This document shows, piece after piece, positions 11,644-24,046 of a stretch of 64,000 bases of DNA (the first letter of the stretch is position 1; each line of letters begins with the position of its first letter). The stretch spans positions 102,238,001-102,302,000 of the forward strand of contig OZ296652.1 of assembly GCA_965655095.1 (NCBI GenBank), read 5' to 3'. The notes beneath the pieces were generated by a model. The model saw only the letters and a program-made list of their open reading frames with translations. It made no database searches and was not told the DNA's origin. This stretch comes from Haplodiscus bocki (lineage: Eukaryota). Both the position numbers and the translations under genes were made by a program.

Positions 11644-14600
11644 AATAAAATTGATAATAATAACTCATTTCGATTTTTGGCATAACTTTGACGTCTGTTT
11701 GCGAGCTAACCATTATATAACAAAAGGTCATGCATCGACCGAAGTCATACATGATTTGGAAAAAACTGATCCTTTTACCAAAAAACCCAACTTTGGGACG
11801 TTTTGGGGAAAACTTACTCTTTCAGTCGCATTCTACGGACAAAAAATTTTCAAACTCAGACCCGGACACTAGCGTCAAGTCAGACATTATCAGTTGGCAA
11901 AAGCGTGAAAAAAAATGTTCAATTTCAGATTTTTGAGTGGGTGATTCTCCTTCCAAATTCTAATTTGGGTGGAAAATAAAAATCTGATTGTGTCGAAAAA
12001 CCGCGATGGTCAACACTTGAACGTTAGTGATACCATGCCAAAAACCAAATTACTTTCTGAAAAGACGTGGGTTAGCAAACTTACATCAGAAGAGATGATT
12101 ATGGAATTCCGAACTCAATTAAACATTTGATGCTTATTTGGGCGAGTCCAAAACCATGCTGCAAAACAATTAAATGACAGTCTGACAATCATGAAAACCC
12201 AAAAACTTTGAAAAACTCGAACTGAAATTAAGGTAACCCAACCAAAACAACTGTTTTGTGAACAAACAATTTTGAGTCCAAAAGCATGTTGGAAAATCAA
12301 TTAAATATAAGCGTCCTAACGCCTGATTCCAAAAGAATCTGAGAAAACCGTTTTTACCCGAATTTACATCAGAAACTGCTTTTACAACTCCGAACTTTGT
12401 TTGATGTTTGAGGGCGAGTCCAAAAACTGCAAAACGATTCAAATTGCAACTGAAATAAACAGAATTTGTACTGACTTGGGAAGTCCCGAATTCAAATGGG
12501 AGCAACGAAACACTACTATTATAAAGCGGGAAAGTTGAAAGATTCTCTGAAAATGTCCTGTTTTGCAAAATTGTGGCAAAAGATTTGTTCTGAACCTGTA
12601 ACAGGAATTTTGATATACACTTCCTGTGGAGCAAAAAACCGCCTCCTGAACAAGCTAACGCACAAGTCGGAGTGAGCTCATGTTTTGAAACACTAACGGT
12701 AATCTCACGCCACTTTAAAACCAAAGTCTTTCTCAAATTGTTACACCTCACGCAATTTGCAGCTGAACTGGCTATAGTCATGCGAGTGCAACTGAAGATT
12801 TGAGGTAAAGCCTTGGACGAGTCGGAAAACTACCTTGGAAAAACAATTGGACGCAAATTAGGCATGAACTTGAACAGGAATACTTTCTGGAGAAAACGGT
12901 GATTTCAGGAAAATGACATAACGATAATGAATTCAAAATTGCAAACATAAATGAAATAAGGTACTGGATTCTAAATCGAGTCCAAACAGTGCCATAACAA
13001 TAAATCAAATTTAGTTTCACGTGAGCTAAAAGCAAGTTTTTCTGAAAAATCCATTCTGTTGCAAACTCCCATGAAAAATGTGTTTCAGGTTTTCTAACTT
13101 TAATAACGTGTATTGTGCAAGTGTTGAACAGTTCAACAATCAGTTTGTAAACAGCGAAAAGTTCAATGCAAACTGTTGAATCATTCACGAATTGCTTTTC
13201 TTCTTTAAAACCACATCAAAAATGGTGGCTGTAGACACCTGTTAGCAGCTGAGAAGTTGATGTGCAAAACAATGCAGGCTCGATAACAAAATTTCAAGCG
13301 TTCTGGTAAATTTTTTAATATGCTAATAGCAGTTCGCTCACCTTCGGGCTTTGTTGTGGTAATTTGAACCAACCAATGCTGACCCCAGAACGAATACAAG
13401 GTATTTGGTTACATGAGACTACGCTTAACATCGCTGCCAGATGTTATCGATTTTTATAATTTTAAGGGATAGATTGGGAAAAAATCTCATCTAGTCTGTG
13501 ACTTGGCATAATCGTCGAAACAATTTTTTCTTCATTTGTTCTACCGTAGTTGATTTGATCTCTGAGAAGCTTTTGTACTTTTCTGAAATCGTAAAGTTGT
13601 TCACAATGTCCAATTTTGTCGAAATGATTGTGGTTTCAATTGAATCTGTCGAGACCAAACACACACAATGCTCTACCCAAAGCTCCATTCAGGTTCTCGT
13701 TGGATCGTGGGAGCATCAATCAACTGAAATTGAACAGTTGTAGCCACTCAGAGTGTGTTTTTTGTAGAAGGTCCTTCTTCAGCATGAATAATTCAAGATG
13801 AAATAAATTTTAGGAGCTTTGTTTTCCCGTCTGGGAGATTGTTTCAGTTTTTCACTTGTGATAATTTCGTAAAGGTTTCAAAAAAACATAAAATGAATTA
13901 ATCTTCAATTCAATGGTGTGATCCAGTCAGGAATTATGTCAGTCGAGTGGTCAAAAGGCTTTGTGCCCACGCTTCCATTTCATTCATTGCTCGAGCCTCT
14001 ACTTGATTTCGTAAAATTCAGTTCTAGAGTTTTCAACTTGAGCCTTGTGCGGACGCTTCGGTGTTAGCTGAGCAATGTTGTGCAAGAAACATGGCACAGT
14101 ACCAATCCTGAATCTGACTCACCTTTTAAGGGTACTATAAAAGAGTCTGGCATACGTGCATGACAAAACATGAAACACGCAATCGTTCTTTCCAACTTTG
14201 GCTATTTGCCAAATTCTTGCCACTGAATAGAAACCGTGAAGATGACAATAATGGCATTGAAATGCAAGTGATTTCAAGGAGCTTCAATTTTTGGACTGAG
14301 GGAGACTTTTTGTGGGCGTCAGCGCTTATGCTACACTATCTGTTTAGTCTCAAGGCAACGAAATCATCTCGGATTAAAAACAAGTACGAGTGGTTCAAAC
14401 TCAGTACAGCCTTTTAGATGGCTGGCATGAGGGGATTGCTTATGGCCAGCGTCTTGAACTTTGGCTTGGTGAGGTCCACACAAAAACTGCTCTTATTGTC
14501 GTTGCCAGTTGTAAAACCTGCGGACATCAATCGAATGTTCCTGGAAAACACAACCAGCGTCTGCAGTGAAGAACTCCAGTTTTCAGGCTTTAACTCACCC

Positions 14601-17600
14601 ACTAAGTTCCAACTGAGGTCTGTTTTTTTTCAAAAGTAGAACTTGTGATGCTTAGTGTAACAAGATACTAGAAGTTACCCAAAATGTTAATTCAAAAGAA
14701 AACGACAAATTGCCCGGCTGCGTTACAGCAAATGTTATTGTTTCATAGAACACACCTACCATGAAGAAGTTAGCAGAGCAGAATTAGGCTATGGGAATCT
14801 TCACTTGTGGAAGACTGCTCGTTCTTTTTTAAAGGTACTATAGTTGAGAGGTTGGCAAAGAGCGTCGCAGCTTGAGAGTTATGAGAGCCACTCGCTGCCT
14901 TGCCCAAAGTGTACACCGCCCTTTGTTATCCCCTGAAAAACACTACCTTTTGAAACTTAGAGGAGCTGTTTAGTTTAGAAAACACTGCGGACTTCATTTT
15001 TCAAACAGAATCAGGAAGCATCTCCTCCCTTGGTACTGGAAGGCACCAAGAAAAAGTGAAAGCGGAGGGTTTTCAATAACCCAAGTGGGGCTTGAAATTC
15101 TGCTGATTCAAACGTCCAAACAAAGATTCAATGATTAATATCAAAATGCAGCGTTTTAAATGGAGTGGAGACATTCATGGTTCTCGATTTACATTTTGAC
15201 GAAGTCAAGTTTCTTAGTTCAAGCCTTCATTCACTCTTCAGCACTAAGAACTGCAAGTCTGCTCTCCATTTTGATGAACATTAATGGGGAAGATTACAGA
15301 TGAATTTAGAAACAGGCCGGAAAACACTTTGATATTTCAAAGCTGACATGCTGACGATGAGTTTTCAGAAGTATTTTCAGAATTTGTTTCAATGCATCAA
15401 CAGTTTCAAGTTTTCAACTGACTTTTATGGACCCTTTATTTAAAATGAAACAATGATTTTCCTAATACGAAAATTGAAACAGTTTGGGTGATTTTTTAAA
15501 AGTTCAGACAGCACTGTTTCCTGTATTCACTCACGTCAAGTGCACGTTTCTAGTTGCTACCATACATTTGAGTTTCAGCAGTTAATCTATTGTTAAAAAA
15601 ACAGCTGCCTGTTTTTGTCGCAACAAAATAAAGTACAGTTTTCACGCAACTAGTTTTTACTTTCGAATAGTCTTGGGAAAGCGAAGGCTAAAGTTCCAGT
15701 AGACCGTTGTTTGGGCACTGATTGTTCTCAAATGCTGAAAATCTTTGCTGAAGTGTTCTACTTGAGCCTGTGGTTTTGAACTGACACTTGTGGATCCGTT
15801 AATTGAATGGAAAAAATCATTCGTTTGATTATAAAATTTGAAACAGTGTGGGTGAACTATTAAACGTTCAAGTAGCGCAACTTGTTGTCTTCACTCAAAT
15901 CAAGTGAACGTTTCTTGTTGGCTTTTTACATTTAGGTTTCATCAAATACTCCACTAATCAAAAGAAAACAGCTGCTGGTTTTCGTGGCAATAGTATTGAA
16001 TACTCTTTCCAAGATCCTAGTTTTCACACTCGAATAGTGTTGGGAGTTTGGTTGTTCATAGATGCGGGAAAAAATTGACTTTTATAAAGAAATTTTGTCC
16101 TAGTTCTTTTCGTTATAGAAGTTGAACAAAAACCTTTCTAAGCCTTTTTCCACGTCTATTTGTTGTGAATGAAACATTGCCGAAAAACTCACGTGTTAGC
16201 GGAAAGCTGGGATCAATTTGGATTTGTTTTCCACTAGTTTGTTTTTGGATACAAACATCACCCCAATTATTTTATCGCTCGGTGGTTAAAATTTTGCGAG
16301 ATCAGACTTCCGAACAAGATTTGTTTGTTTCACAATTTCAATTTGCCGGTTGAAATTTTGTTTTCGAGCTCGGATTGTTTTGCCCGTCAAATTCTCATCT
16401 GATAACAGGTGTCTACAACCACCATTTTTGATGTGGTTTTAAAGAATAAAAGCAATTCCTGAATGATTCAACAGTTTGCATTGAACCTTTCGCTGTTTAC
16501 AAACTGGTTGTTGAACTCTTCAACACTTGCACAATACACGTTATTACAGTTAGAAAAGCTTAAACACGTTTTTGATGTGAGTTTGGAACAGAACGGTTTT
16601 TTCAGAAAAACTTGCTTTTAGCTCACGTAAAACTAACTTTGAAATAACGTCATGGCACTGTTTGGACTCGATTTAGAATCCAGTAGATTAGTTCATTTAT
16701 GTTTGGAATTTTGAATTCATTATCGTTATGTCATTTTCCTGACCTGAAATCACCGTTTTTTTTCCAGAAAGTGTTCCTGTTCAATTTCATGCCTAATTTG
16801 CGTCCAATTGTTTTTCCAAGGTGGTTTTCCGATTCGTCCCAGACTTTACCTCAAATCTTCAGTTGCACTCGCATGACAATAACCAGTTCAGCTGCAAATT
16901 TCGTGAGGTGTGACATTTTGAGAAAGACTTTGGGTTTATAGTGGCGTGAGATTACCCCTAGTGTTTCGAAACATGGGCTCACCCCGACTTGTACAACAAA
17001 CGTTGGATCTAAAATAAATTGCATTTTTGATGAGAGTTTGAAAATTCACCTTTTCCAGGAATGTATTTTTCGGAGTTGTTGGACTTCCGCTCAATTTTTT
17101 TCCAAAATCTCTTTGTGGGCTCATTTACACTTGTAGGTCAATTGTTTACGTGAGTTCAGAGCTCTAGAACAATCTTTTGATGTCAATTTACAAAACAAGG
17201 GCTTTTTCTGACAGACTCGTTTCCCTATATCAAGAAAAACCATTCATTGCTTTAACTATACACTTTTGCCTTCTGCAAGGCTGCACATCAAAAATTTAGT
17301 TTAGTTCAGACGAACAAAAGCACCTTCTGGGTTGGGATTTTTCCAATGCATGGGGTATGCTGAAGTGACTGGTTTTTTAAATTACGAGGCTAACGGTCAT
17401 TTGTTTTCCATTATGGCCATGGGGTTGCCAATGTTTTTTGTCTTGTATGTAGTTGTTTACTTGAGACCGAAGGTGTAGAATAACTCTTTGAGATCAACTA
17501 GCAAAAGCACGTTGGTTTCAGACAGGTTTTGTGCTTCCCTTAATATAGTAGTAATGTTCAATTGCTTCCAAATTGCTTTTGGGCTTGTACTTGCACAAAG

Positions 17601-18892
17601 CTATCCAATTTTTCACCAGAAAACGGAGGACTGAAGCCACAGTTTGTGAGTGAGTTAGCAAAAGCAGGGCGGTTTTCGAAAATATTTTGGTTTTTGTAAT
17701 ATGATGACAACGCTCAGTTGTTTTTCACTGCAGTTTGAATCCAGTTAATTCTAACGCATTGAAAAAATTCTTGAATAAATTAAATGCTTAAAATCGCAAT
17801 TTCGGAGTGAATTGGAAAAGGCACTGAGCTTTCCGACAACTTTTTTGGTCATCGACGTTGAAAGTTGCGTTCACTTGTTCAGGAGACGGCTTTTTTGCTC
17901 CACAGGAAGTGCATATCAAAATTCTAGTGTCAGGTCCAGAACAACTTTTTTGACACAATTTTGCAAAACAGGACCTTTTGAGGGAGACTTTCAATTTTCC
18001 CGCTATAGGATTTTCCCGAAATAGTAACATTTCGTTGCTCCCACTTGAATTCTGGATTTCCCAAGTCAGTACAATTTTAGTTCATTTCGGTTGAATTTTG
18101 AATCGTTTTGCAGTTCCTGGACTCGCCCACAAACATCTAACAATGTTCGGAATTGTAAAAGCATTTTCTGATGTAAATTTGGGAAAAAACGGTTTTTCCA
18201 GAGTCTTTTGGAATCAAGCGTTCGGACGCTAGTATTTAATTGTTTTTCCAATATGCTTTTGGACTCGACCAAACTCATTCACGAAACAGTTGTTTTGGTT
18301 GGGTTTCCTCAATTTCAGTTCGAGTTTTTCAAAGTTTTTGGGTTTTCATGATTGTCAGACTGTCATTTAATTGTTTTGCAGCATGGTTTTGGACTCGCCC
18401 AAATAAGCATCAAATGTTTAATTGAGTTCGGAATTCCATAATCATCTCTTCTGATGTAAGTTTGCTAACCCACGTCTTTTCAGAAAGTAATTTGGTTTTT
18501 GGCATGGTATCACTAACGTTCAAGTGTTGACCATCGCGGTTTTTCGACACAATCAGATTTTTATTTTCCACCCAAATTAGAATTTGGAAGGAGAATCACC
18601 CACTCAAAAATCTGAAATTGAACATTTTTTTTCACGCTTTTGCCAACTGATAATGTCTGACTTGACGCTAGTGTCCGGGTCTGAGTTTGAAAATTTTTTG
18701 TCCGTAGAATGCGACTGAAAGAGTAAGTTTTCCCCAAAACGTCCCAAAGTTGGGTTTTTTGGTAAAAGGATCAGTTTTTTCCGAATCATGTATGACTTCG
18801 GTCAATCACTTTTTATTTTATAATGGTTAGCTCGCAAACAGATGTCAAAGTCATGCCAAACTCCGAAATGTGTTTTTGTTATCAATTTTATT
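11644..18892. mobile_element. Foldback-type structure with long inverted arms; no transposase recognised
   Basis: 11644-12660 is the reverse complement of ~17860-18892, and ~12660-13290 of ~16390-16990. The right arm has an extra ~870 bp (17000-17860). ORFs 11730..11936(+) and 18604..18789(-) share an identical peptide. No target-site duplication seen. Confidence 0.75.
15460..16050 (+). repeat. Diverged tandem duplication (~360 bp period) inside the foldback
   Basis: TTGAAACAGTTTGGGTGA..TTCACTCACGTCAAGTGCACGTTTCT (~15475-15550) versus TTGAAACAGTGTGGGTGA..TTCACTCAAATCAAGTGAACGTTTCT (~15838-15915). Confidence 0.7.
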
Positions 18893-18919
18893 GTTATTAT
18901 TTTTATTATTATTATTATT

Positions 18920-19700
18920 GGTGATTTATCTCGATCTTCGAGCTTCAGTTTCAGCAAACACCGGTTTCACTTCTCCCATCAGGTCCTTAATCAAAAACTT
19001 CACACTTGTGCAGGTGGATTTGATGAGAAAGTTTTCCGTTTTCATCCATATGTCAAGTTCCTGATCGTCCAGAAAAGAAGCTCTTCAGATTTATCACGAC
19101 TTTCAAACTCTATTCTCTCAAATAATACATCTCTGATCTCCTCCATTAATTTTGCAATGGATAGCTTTTAATTTTTATAGAGGAGTTTTGGATATCGTGG
19201 TCATTGATTTCAATCTTTTCATCAAAATCATAAGAATTCGAAGTTGACAAAAAGTGCTACTAATAACGCTTCATCGTGATAATCAAATTCATGTTTATGC
19301 ATACCCAAAGGTATGATTTTTCTCATCGAGTTTTCAATGGAAAACTGAACGCTTTTATAGTAGCAGCCGATGAGAAAATCATTGATTTTGATCCTTCCAT
19401 CAAAACCCTAATAGTGCAAAAACTCCAAAAAGTGCTACTAGTATTGATCTATCTCGATGTTCATATTCATTTTTCTCGGTAACTACCGGCTTGATTTCCT
19501 TCAACAAGGTCTCAATCAGGGACTCCACACTTGGAGAGGAAGATTTGATTAGAAATTTATTCATTTTGTTCGTTGGATCAAAATCCTGCTAGTCCCGGAA
19601 GTTGAAAAGTGTTATTATTTTTAATGATTTAAATTGATATTTAAAGTGATATTCTCTTTAACTATAGGCTTGAATTTTTCCTTCAAGGCCTCAATCGATC
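18920..19700 (-). repeat. Diverged tandem array of ~165-180 bp units (copy 2, inverted)
   Basis: AAAAGTGCTACTA / AAAAGTGCTACTA / AAAAGTGTTATTA at ~19250, ~19428 and ~19605; homologous to 1-730. Confidence 0.7.
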
Positions 19701-19749
19701 GGCTTGCATGCTTGTGGCAAATTTCCCAACTTTGAATTTTTAGCACCAA

Positions 19750-20105
19750 GTTACAGCAGTTGTGCTCCAAAATGCGTTTCAAACAGTAATATTTTTTTCA
19801 GAGCGCCTTTTTCGACCAAAGTTTTGGTTTTTCTGGAAAAAAATGAATTTTGATGAAAAATTTTTAAATCGGGGGAAATAAAAATCTTGTAAAATGCGTA
19901 TAGAAGGGCCCTATTTCTAAATATGCGTTTCCCAAACGGATTTTTGGGTTTTGTTGAAAAATAAATCGAAATTTTATTCAGCTCGGGAAAAACTAGAACT
20001 TTTCTGTAGAATGTTTTCATCTAAAACGCATTTTGAACACAGTCAGACTTGGTAGCTGTAAAGAACGTTTTGCAATATTGCGGTGGTAGCCGGTCGTCTT
20101 GTTGA
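19750..20105 (+). repeat. Dispersed repeat family (copy 3)
   Basis: Ends in GCGGTGGTAGCCGGTCGTCTTG, like copies 1 and 2. Confidence 0.5.
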
Positions 20106-20636
20106 CTTAGTGCCCAAAAAATTTCGGAAAAATTATTCCTTGTCAACTGCCAATTAATGTGGGACTATTGGAAAGTGGCGAAACTTTAGTCAAAACGAAG
20201 TTTTGCCTTAGTTTGACATCAACCAAAAAATTAATCTGAACAAGTTTGAAGGTTTGACAAATTGTGAGTAAATTCAATTGCAGTCGTCCGCTTTTCAGAA
20301 AAATTGCAAAATTGAAAATTTTAAGAAGCCCCAAGTTTAGTTTGTTTCGAAAATTGACTACTTTCATATTCAAATTCTTTTCGAGTTTTCTAATACTTTT
20401 CCGAGGAAATCAGAATTTGTTTTCAACTTTAAAAATTCTTTTTGTGCCATTGCGTCCAAAGAGTGCGGAATACACCTAAAATAAGCAACCTGAGTTTGAG
20501 CAAGGGGCTCGTTGCTTAAAACTTTGAGTTATTTGAACCTCAAAATTGCTTCTCAGTTGCCTAATTTATTAACATTTATTTCGGGAGTTCCCTCGCTCAA
20601 CTGTTTCAAACTATTTATGAAAGTGAACCAGTGCAG

Positions 20637-20804
20637 TTATATACTTTTTCGATTTTTGACATGTCCGCGGGAATTATATCTTCGAACAATATCCCAACAA
20701 GTGCTTTTTGGAACAGACGTAGCTTTCGAAATTGAAAATAAACTATATCCTTTGTGGTAAAGTGAAACTACCTTTTGTTTAGCTTCAATACTGCAATTAG
20801 GCAT
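20637..20804 (-). pseudogene. Tc1/mariner transposase N-terminal HTH remnant
   Basis: Minus frame MPNCSIEAKQKVVSLYHKGYSLFSISKATSVPKSTCWDIVRRYNSRGHVKNRKSI* fits the paired-like HTH at the start of Tc1 transposases. It is truncated before the GRP motif and no DDE domain is visible. Confidence 0.6.
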
Positions 20805-20849
20805 CCTCAAACTCTTTAAGCCAACTAATTTTTATGAAACTTGTCAACT

Positions 20850-21700
20850 GTATTGACCGAGAATTAAGTTTCTCAAAACTAATTTCTGTTAATTAGTGAT
20901 TTATTTGCTCAGAAGAATACCGTCCGAAACTTTTCTCACAGTAAGGAGTCCGATTCTTTAATCACACTAGTGATTGGCGAACACACCGATTAAGGAGACT
21001 CTTGTAAGGCGAGAAGAGTTCAATTCTTGTGACAATGAAGCAATCAAGTGACTACTTGATCGGCTGAAGTTGTCTGCCTGAGTTGATCATCGCAAATGAA
21101 GTAAGTGTAAATATTTAGACTATTAATTTCTTGCTACAACTTTTTGTGAGCCTAGCTGTTGCTTAAAAAATACTTTCATTTTTTTTGGAATTTTGGAGCT
21201 AAGTTGCTTATGAGCGGTTGCTTCTAGTGGGAACTGGTTGTAGTTCATGTGCGGTTCCTTCTTTTGTTTATGAGAACAGTTGCGGACCAAGGAGAGTTGC
21301 TGCCTCCTCAAGTTGGATGAAAAAAGTTTCAATTTTGGTAAAGCAAAGTCTTCTTAATTTTGTATGTGAAAACGCTGAGTCCAATAAAGAATTGCCATTT
21401 GAATAGATTTCTAGTGTAGTCGACGTTGCAGACGTGTTTCAAAAATGGTAAGAGACCATCATTGATTACGTCATTTTTAAAAAGGTTAACTAATGAAACG
21501 TCAAACATAGACGAAAGAAATCAAAACTACCGAACGCAGTTGAAGAAATTCAGTCACATCAAACAGGTGGCCAAGCTTAAGCGATCAGATGTTTTGTTCA
21601 GTTACCATTCTGCGACAGTTCAAAATTATCACAGAGCGGGCTTTTTTGGATAACAACTTTGCAATTGGATTATAATGGTTAGTGACAGAGCGCAAGCAAG
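20850..21700 (-). mobile_element. Highly decayed Penelope-like reverse transcriptase fragment
   Basis: Minus-strand pieces FFIQLEEAATLLGPQL (cf. fy.Q.eG.aMGspLgP) and QEINSL (cf. lNs.hp.i.Ft); many stops and frameshifts. Confidence 0.4.
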
Positions 21701-22148
21701 TTGTATAACAAGCTCTCAGCAACAGTTTACTTCTTGAACGGCTTACTCTCACAAGAGTGGAATTAAATTGGTAAACTGTGAATCGTATACAGTAAAAACT
21801 TTTTGAAAAGCACGAGAAAGCAAAGCAAGCAAACTTCGGTTTAATGCGTACAACCAGACTGAAATCGCGGACTTCTATTAAAAACTGAGCATAATTAGAC
21901 GAGTTAACATAAGATGATGTTTTCTTTCGGCGCGGTAGTTGTCAAGGATTGTTTCATTGAGTGACGAAAAATGTCTCCCTCAGTCGGTTGAACAAAAACG
22001 CTGATTTTCCTCTGAAATGAACGGTTTTACCAAAAAGAGAAGTCATTTTAACTATGTGCACTCAAAAGAAAGTATGATGCTATGTCGAATTTATCCTTGT
22101 CGCCTTATCGCTTTCTCTAGGAGCCGTATACCCTTTTGCTCAAGTATC

Positions 22149-23687
22149 TGTGAGGAGCCTCGTCTGTGTGTGAATCAATTGAATGAGGGGATTGAGAGAC
22201 GGAGGGTCCCACTTCAGGATGAGGATCATCCTGGGAACGATCCTCATTTGGTTCCTGGTTTTCCACGTTTGTGTTCCGGCTTGTTCCCGGAACGGTTCCG
22301 GAGTGCGTCCCTATCTGTGGGTTCAGAACAAACTCGTCTAATTTAGACAGAGCACCCAAAATGTGGACCTCTGTCCTGCTGAACTCCTGGGACAGTTTTC
22401 TAGTGACTCTGCCTTCAATCTCCTCAGAAACTTGTGTGATATATTCCTCGTTAATACTAGGAACGGACGTGTTTCGTGACTGGCCGTTCCTAGGATGTTC
22501 CTCTAGTGTTTCTCTTGTAACTTTCGTTTGTTCCTCAACGTTGCCATCTTTTGAAGGGAAAATGCTACGCAGTTATGAAGACTTAATTAGGTTTTATTTG
22601 TCAATCAAGTTGAGATTATAACAAAAAATGTTATTGTTTACAATAAACAACTAGTCGCAATCAGTTTAGTCAACTGATAATCAAAGTGATATAAGGAATT
22701 GCTTTTCTAGTACTTTCATTTCTCCTATTTATACCTTTCGCTTGGCGGGAAACAAAATTGTTTACACGCCAAGTAAAGGTACAAAGTAGGGAAAAGTACT
22801 TTAATCATAATAATTACAAAAGAAATATGCCAATTCCGGCGGGAAATAAACATCTTTCCTTTGATTTCTTCCTTTACAGACCGCGTCTTTTCCATCTTTC
22901 GGCGGAAAATATACGGTTCTGATCAGTCGGAAATTGATATCAAAGTGCTTTTTCCCGCGCCGACACAATAAATAATAACATAAACAAATGATCAGAAAGA
23001 TTTTCCATAAAAGGAAAGTAATGAAAAAAGCACCAGAATTAGGTAAAATGCACTAAAATAATCATAGAAAATCATCATTACATGCTTGGTAATACTATTG
23101 CATTGATTAAATTCACTTTTGGAACGAAACTAGGCTTTTTCCTAGTCCGTTCCTCGTTACTACAGGCTAGTTCCTCATTTTGGCCAAAGTGTTCTGGAAC
23201 GACTACGTAGCCGCTTGTAGCACTGCTCGCCGCAGTGCTACTGAGAAGAATGAATTAGGTGGCTACGTAACCGTTCCGTGTTTGTTCAAATTGACACAGC
23301 ATAAAAGCACAGCGAATTGGTTGAATTTCTAATGACGTCACCAGATCGGTAGCGACCGAACCCGTACGGAACGTATATTCACTCCTAGCCTAGAGAAGCT
23401 ACTAGGTAAGTACGTTTCTGTTCCGTAGCGGTTCCGTCCCAAATTGGTTCAGTACACGGGAGAGCTATGTATACAATACGTTGAATTTATGTGAAAATTT
23501 ACTGAGGAGTGATACGTGTTTGATACGTATCAACTATATGTAAAGTTGTTGATATAATACCGCAATATTATTATATGAATGGAAAAGGAAAAGTCTTAAG
23601 TTTCGATACAGTATTTTCTAATTTTAGGCAATCCGGGGATGTCTTTTTCTTTCTTTATGCCGTAGGCTTCGCGGATGTACTACGACA
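22149..23687 (-). mobile_element. Solo LTR (1539 bp) of the Gypsy family found at 51030-62379
   Basis: Minus strand begins TGTCGTAGTACATCCGCGAAGCC and ends ...CCTCACA. Flanked by a 5-bp duplication GTATC (22144-22148, 23688-23692). Colinear with 60566-62379, including the MATLRNKRK...LGALSKLDEF.LNPQ reading frame. Confidence 0.9.
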
Positions 23688-24046
23688 GTATCCTTCTTTC
23701 TCGTTCAGTAGTTGTTACAGAGTATCTTTTCTAAACTAAAGGAACTAAAAACAGTTTAGGCAAAATTTGTGTATTGTACTTTGAAGATTCATTTTTCAAT
23801 AAATGATTTGAACTATTGTCAGAGAAGCTTAGCTGACAAGTTGTTGGCATGGTGTGCATGCGCCCATATCTAGACACTATGCCTGGAAGTTCACACTCCA
23901 AAATGAAACGGCGGTAGAATAACAAGTATGTAGTGACTAAAATCTATCCACAACAACACATCCCCAATCATGACAGAAAACTTACACAGGTATTAAAAAT
24001 AAACAAGTACTCAACTCAATTGATAGGTGAATCAAAGAAGTTTCAG

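Noticed and set aside
12170-13188. 203-aa and 136-aa minus-strand ORFs as genes
   Set aside because: They lie in the inverted arm, are not kept open in the other arm, and show no recognisable domain.
13290-16390. Transposase inside the foldback spacer
   Set aside because: Only short ORFs, with no DDE or zinc-finger motifs I could recognise.
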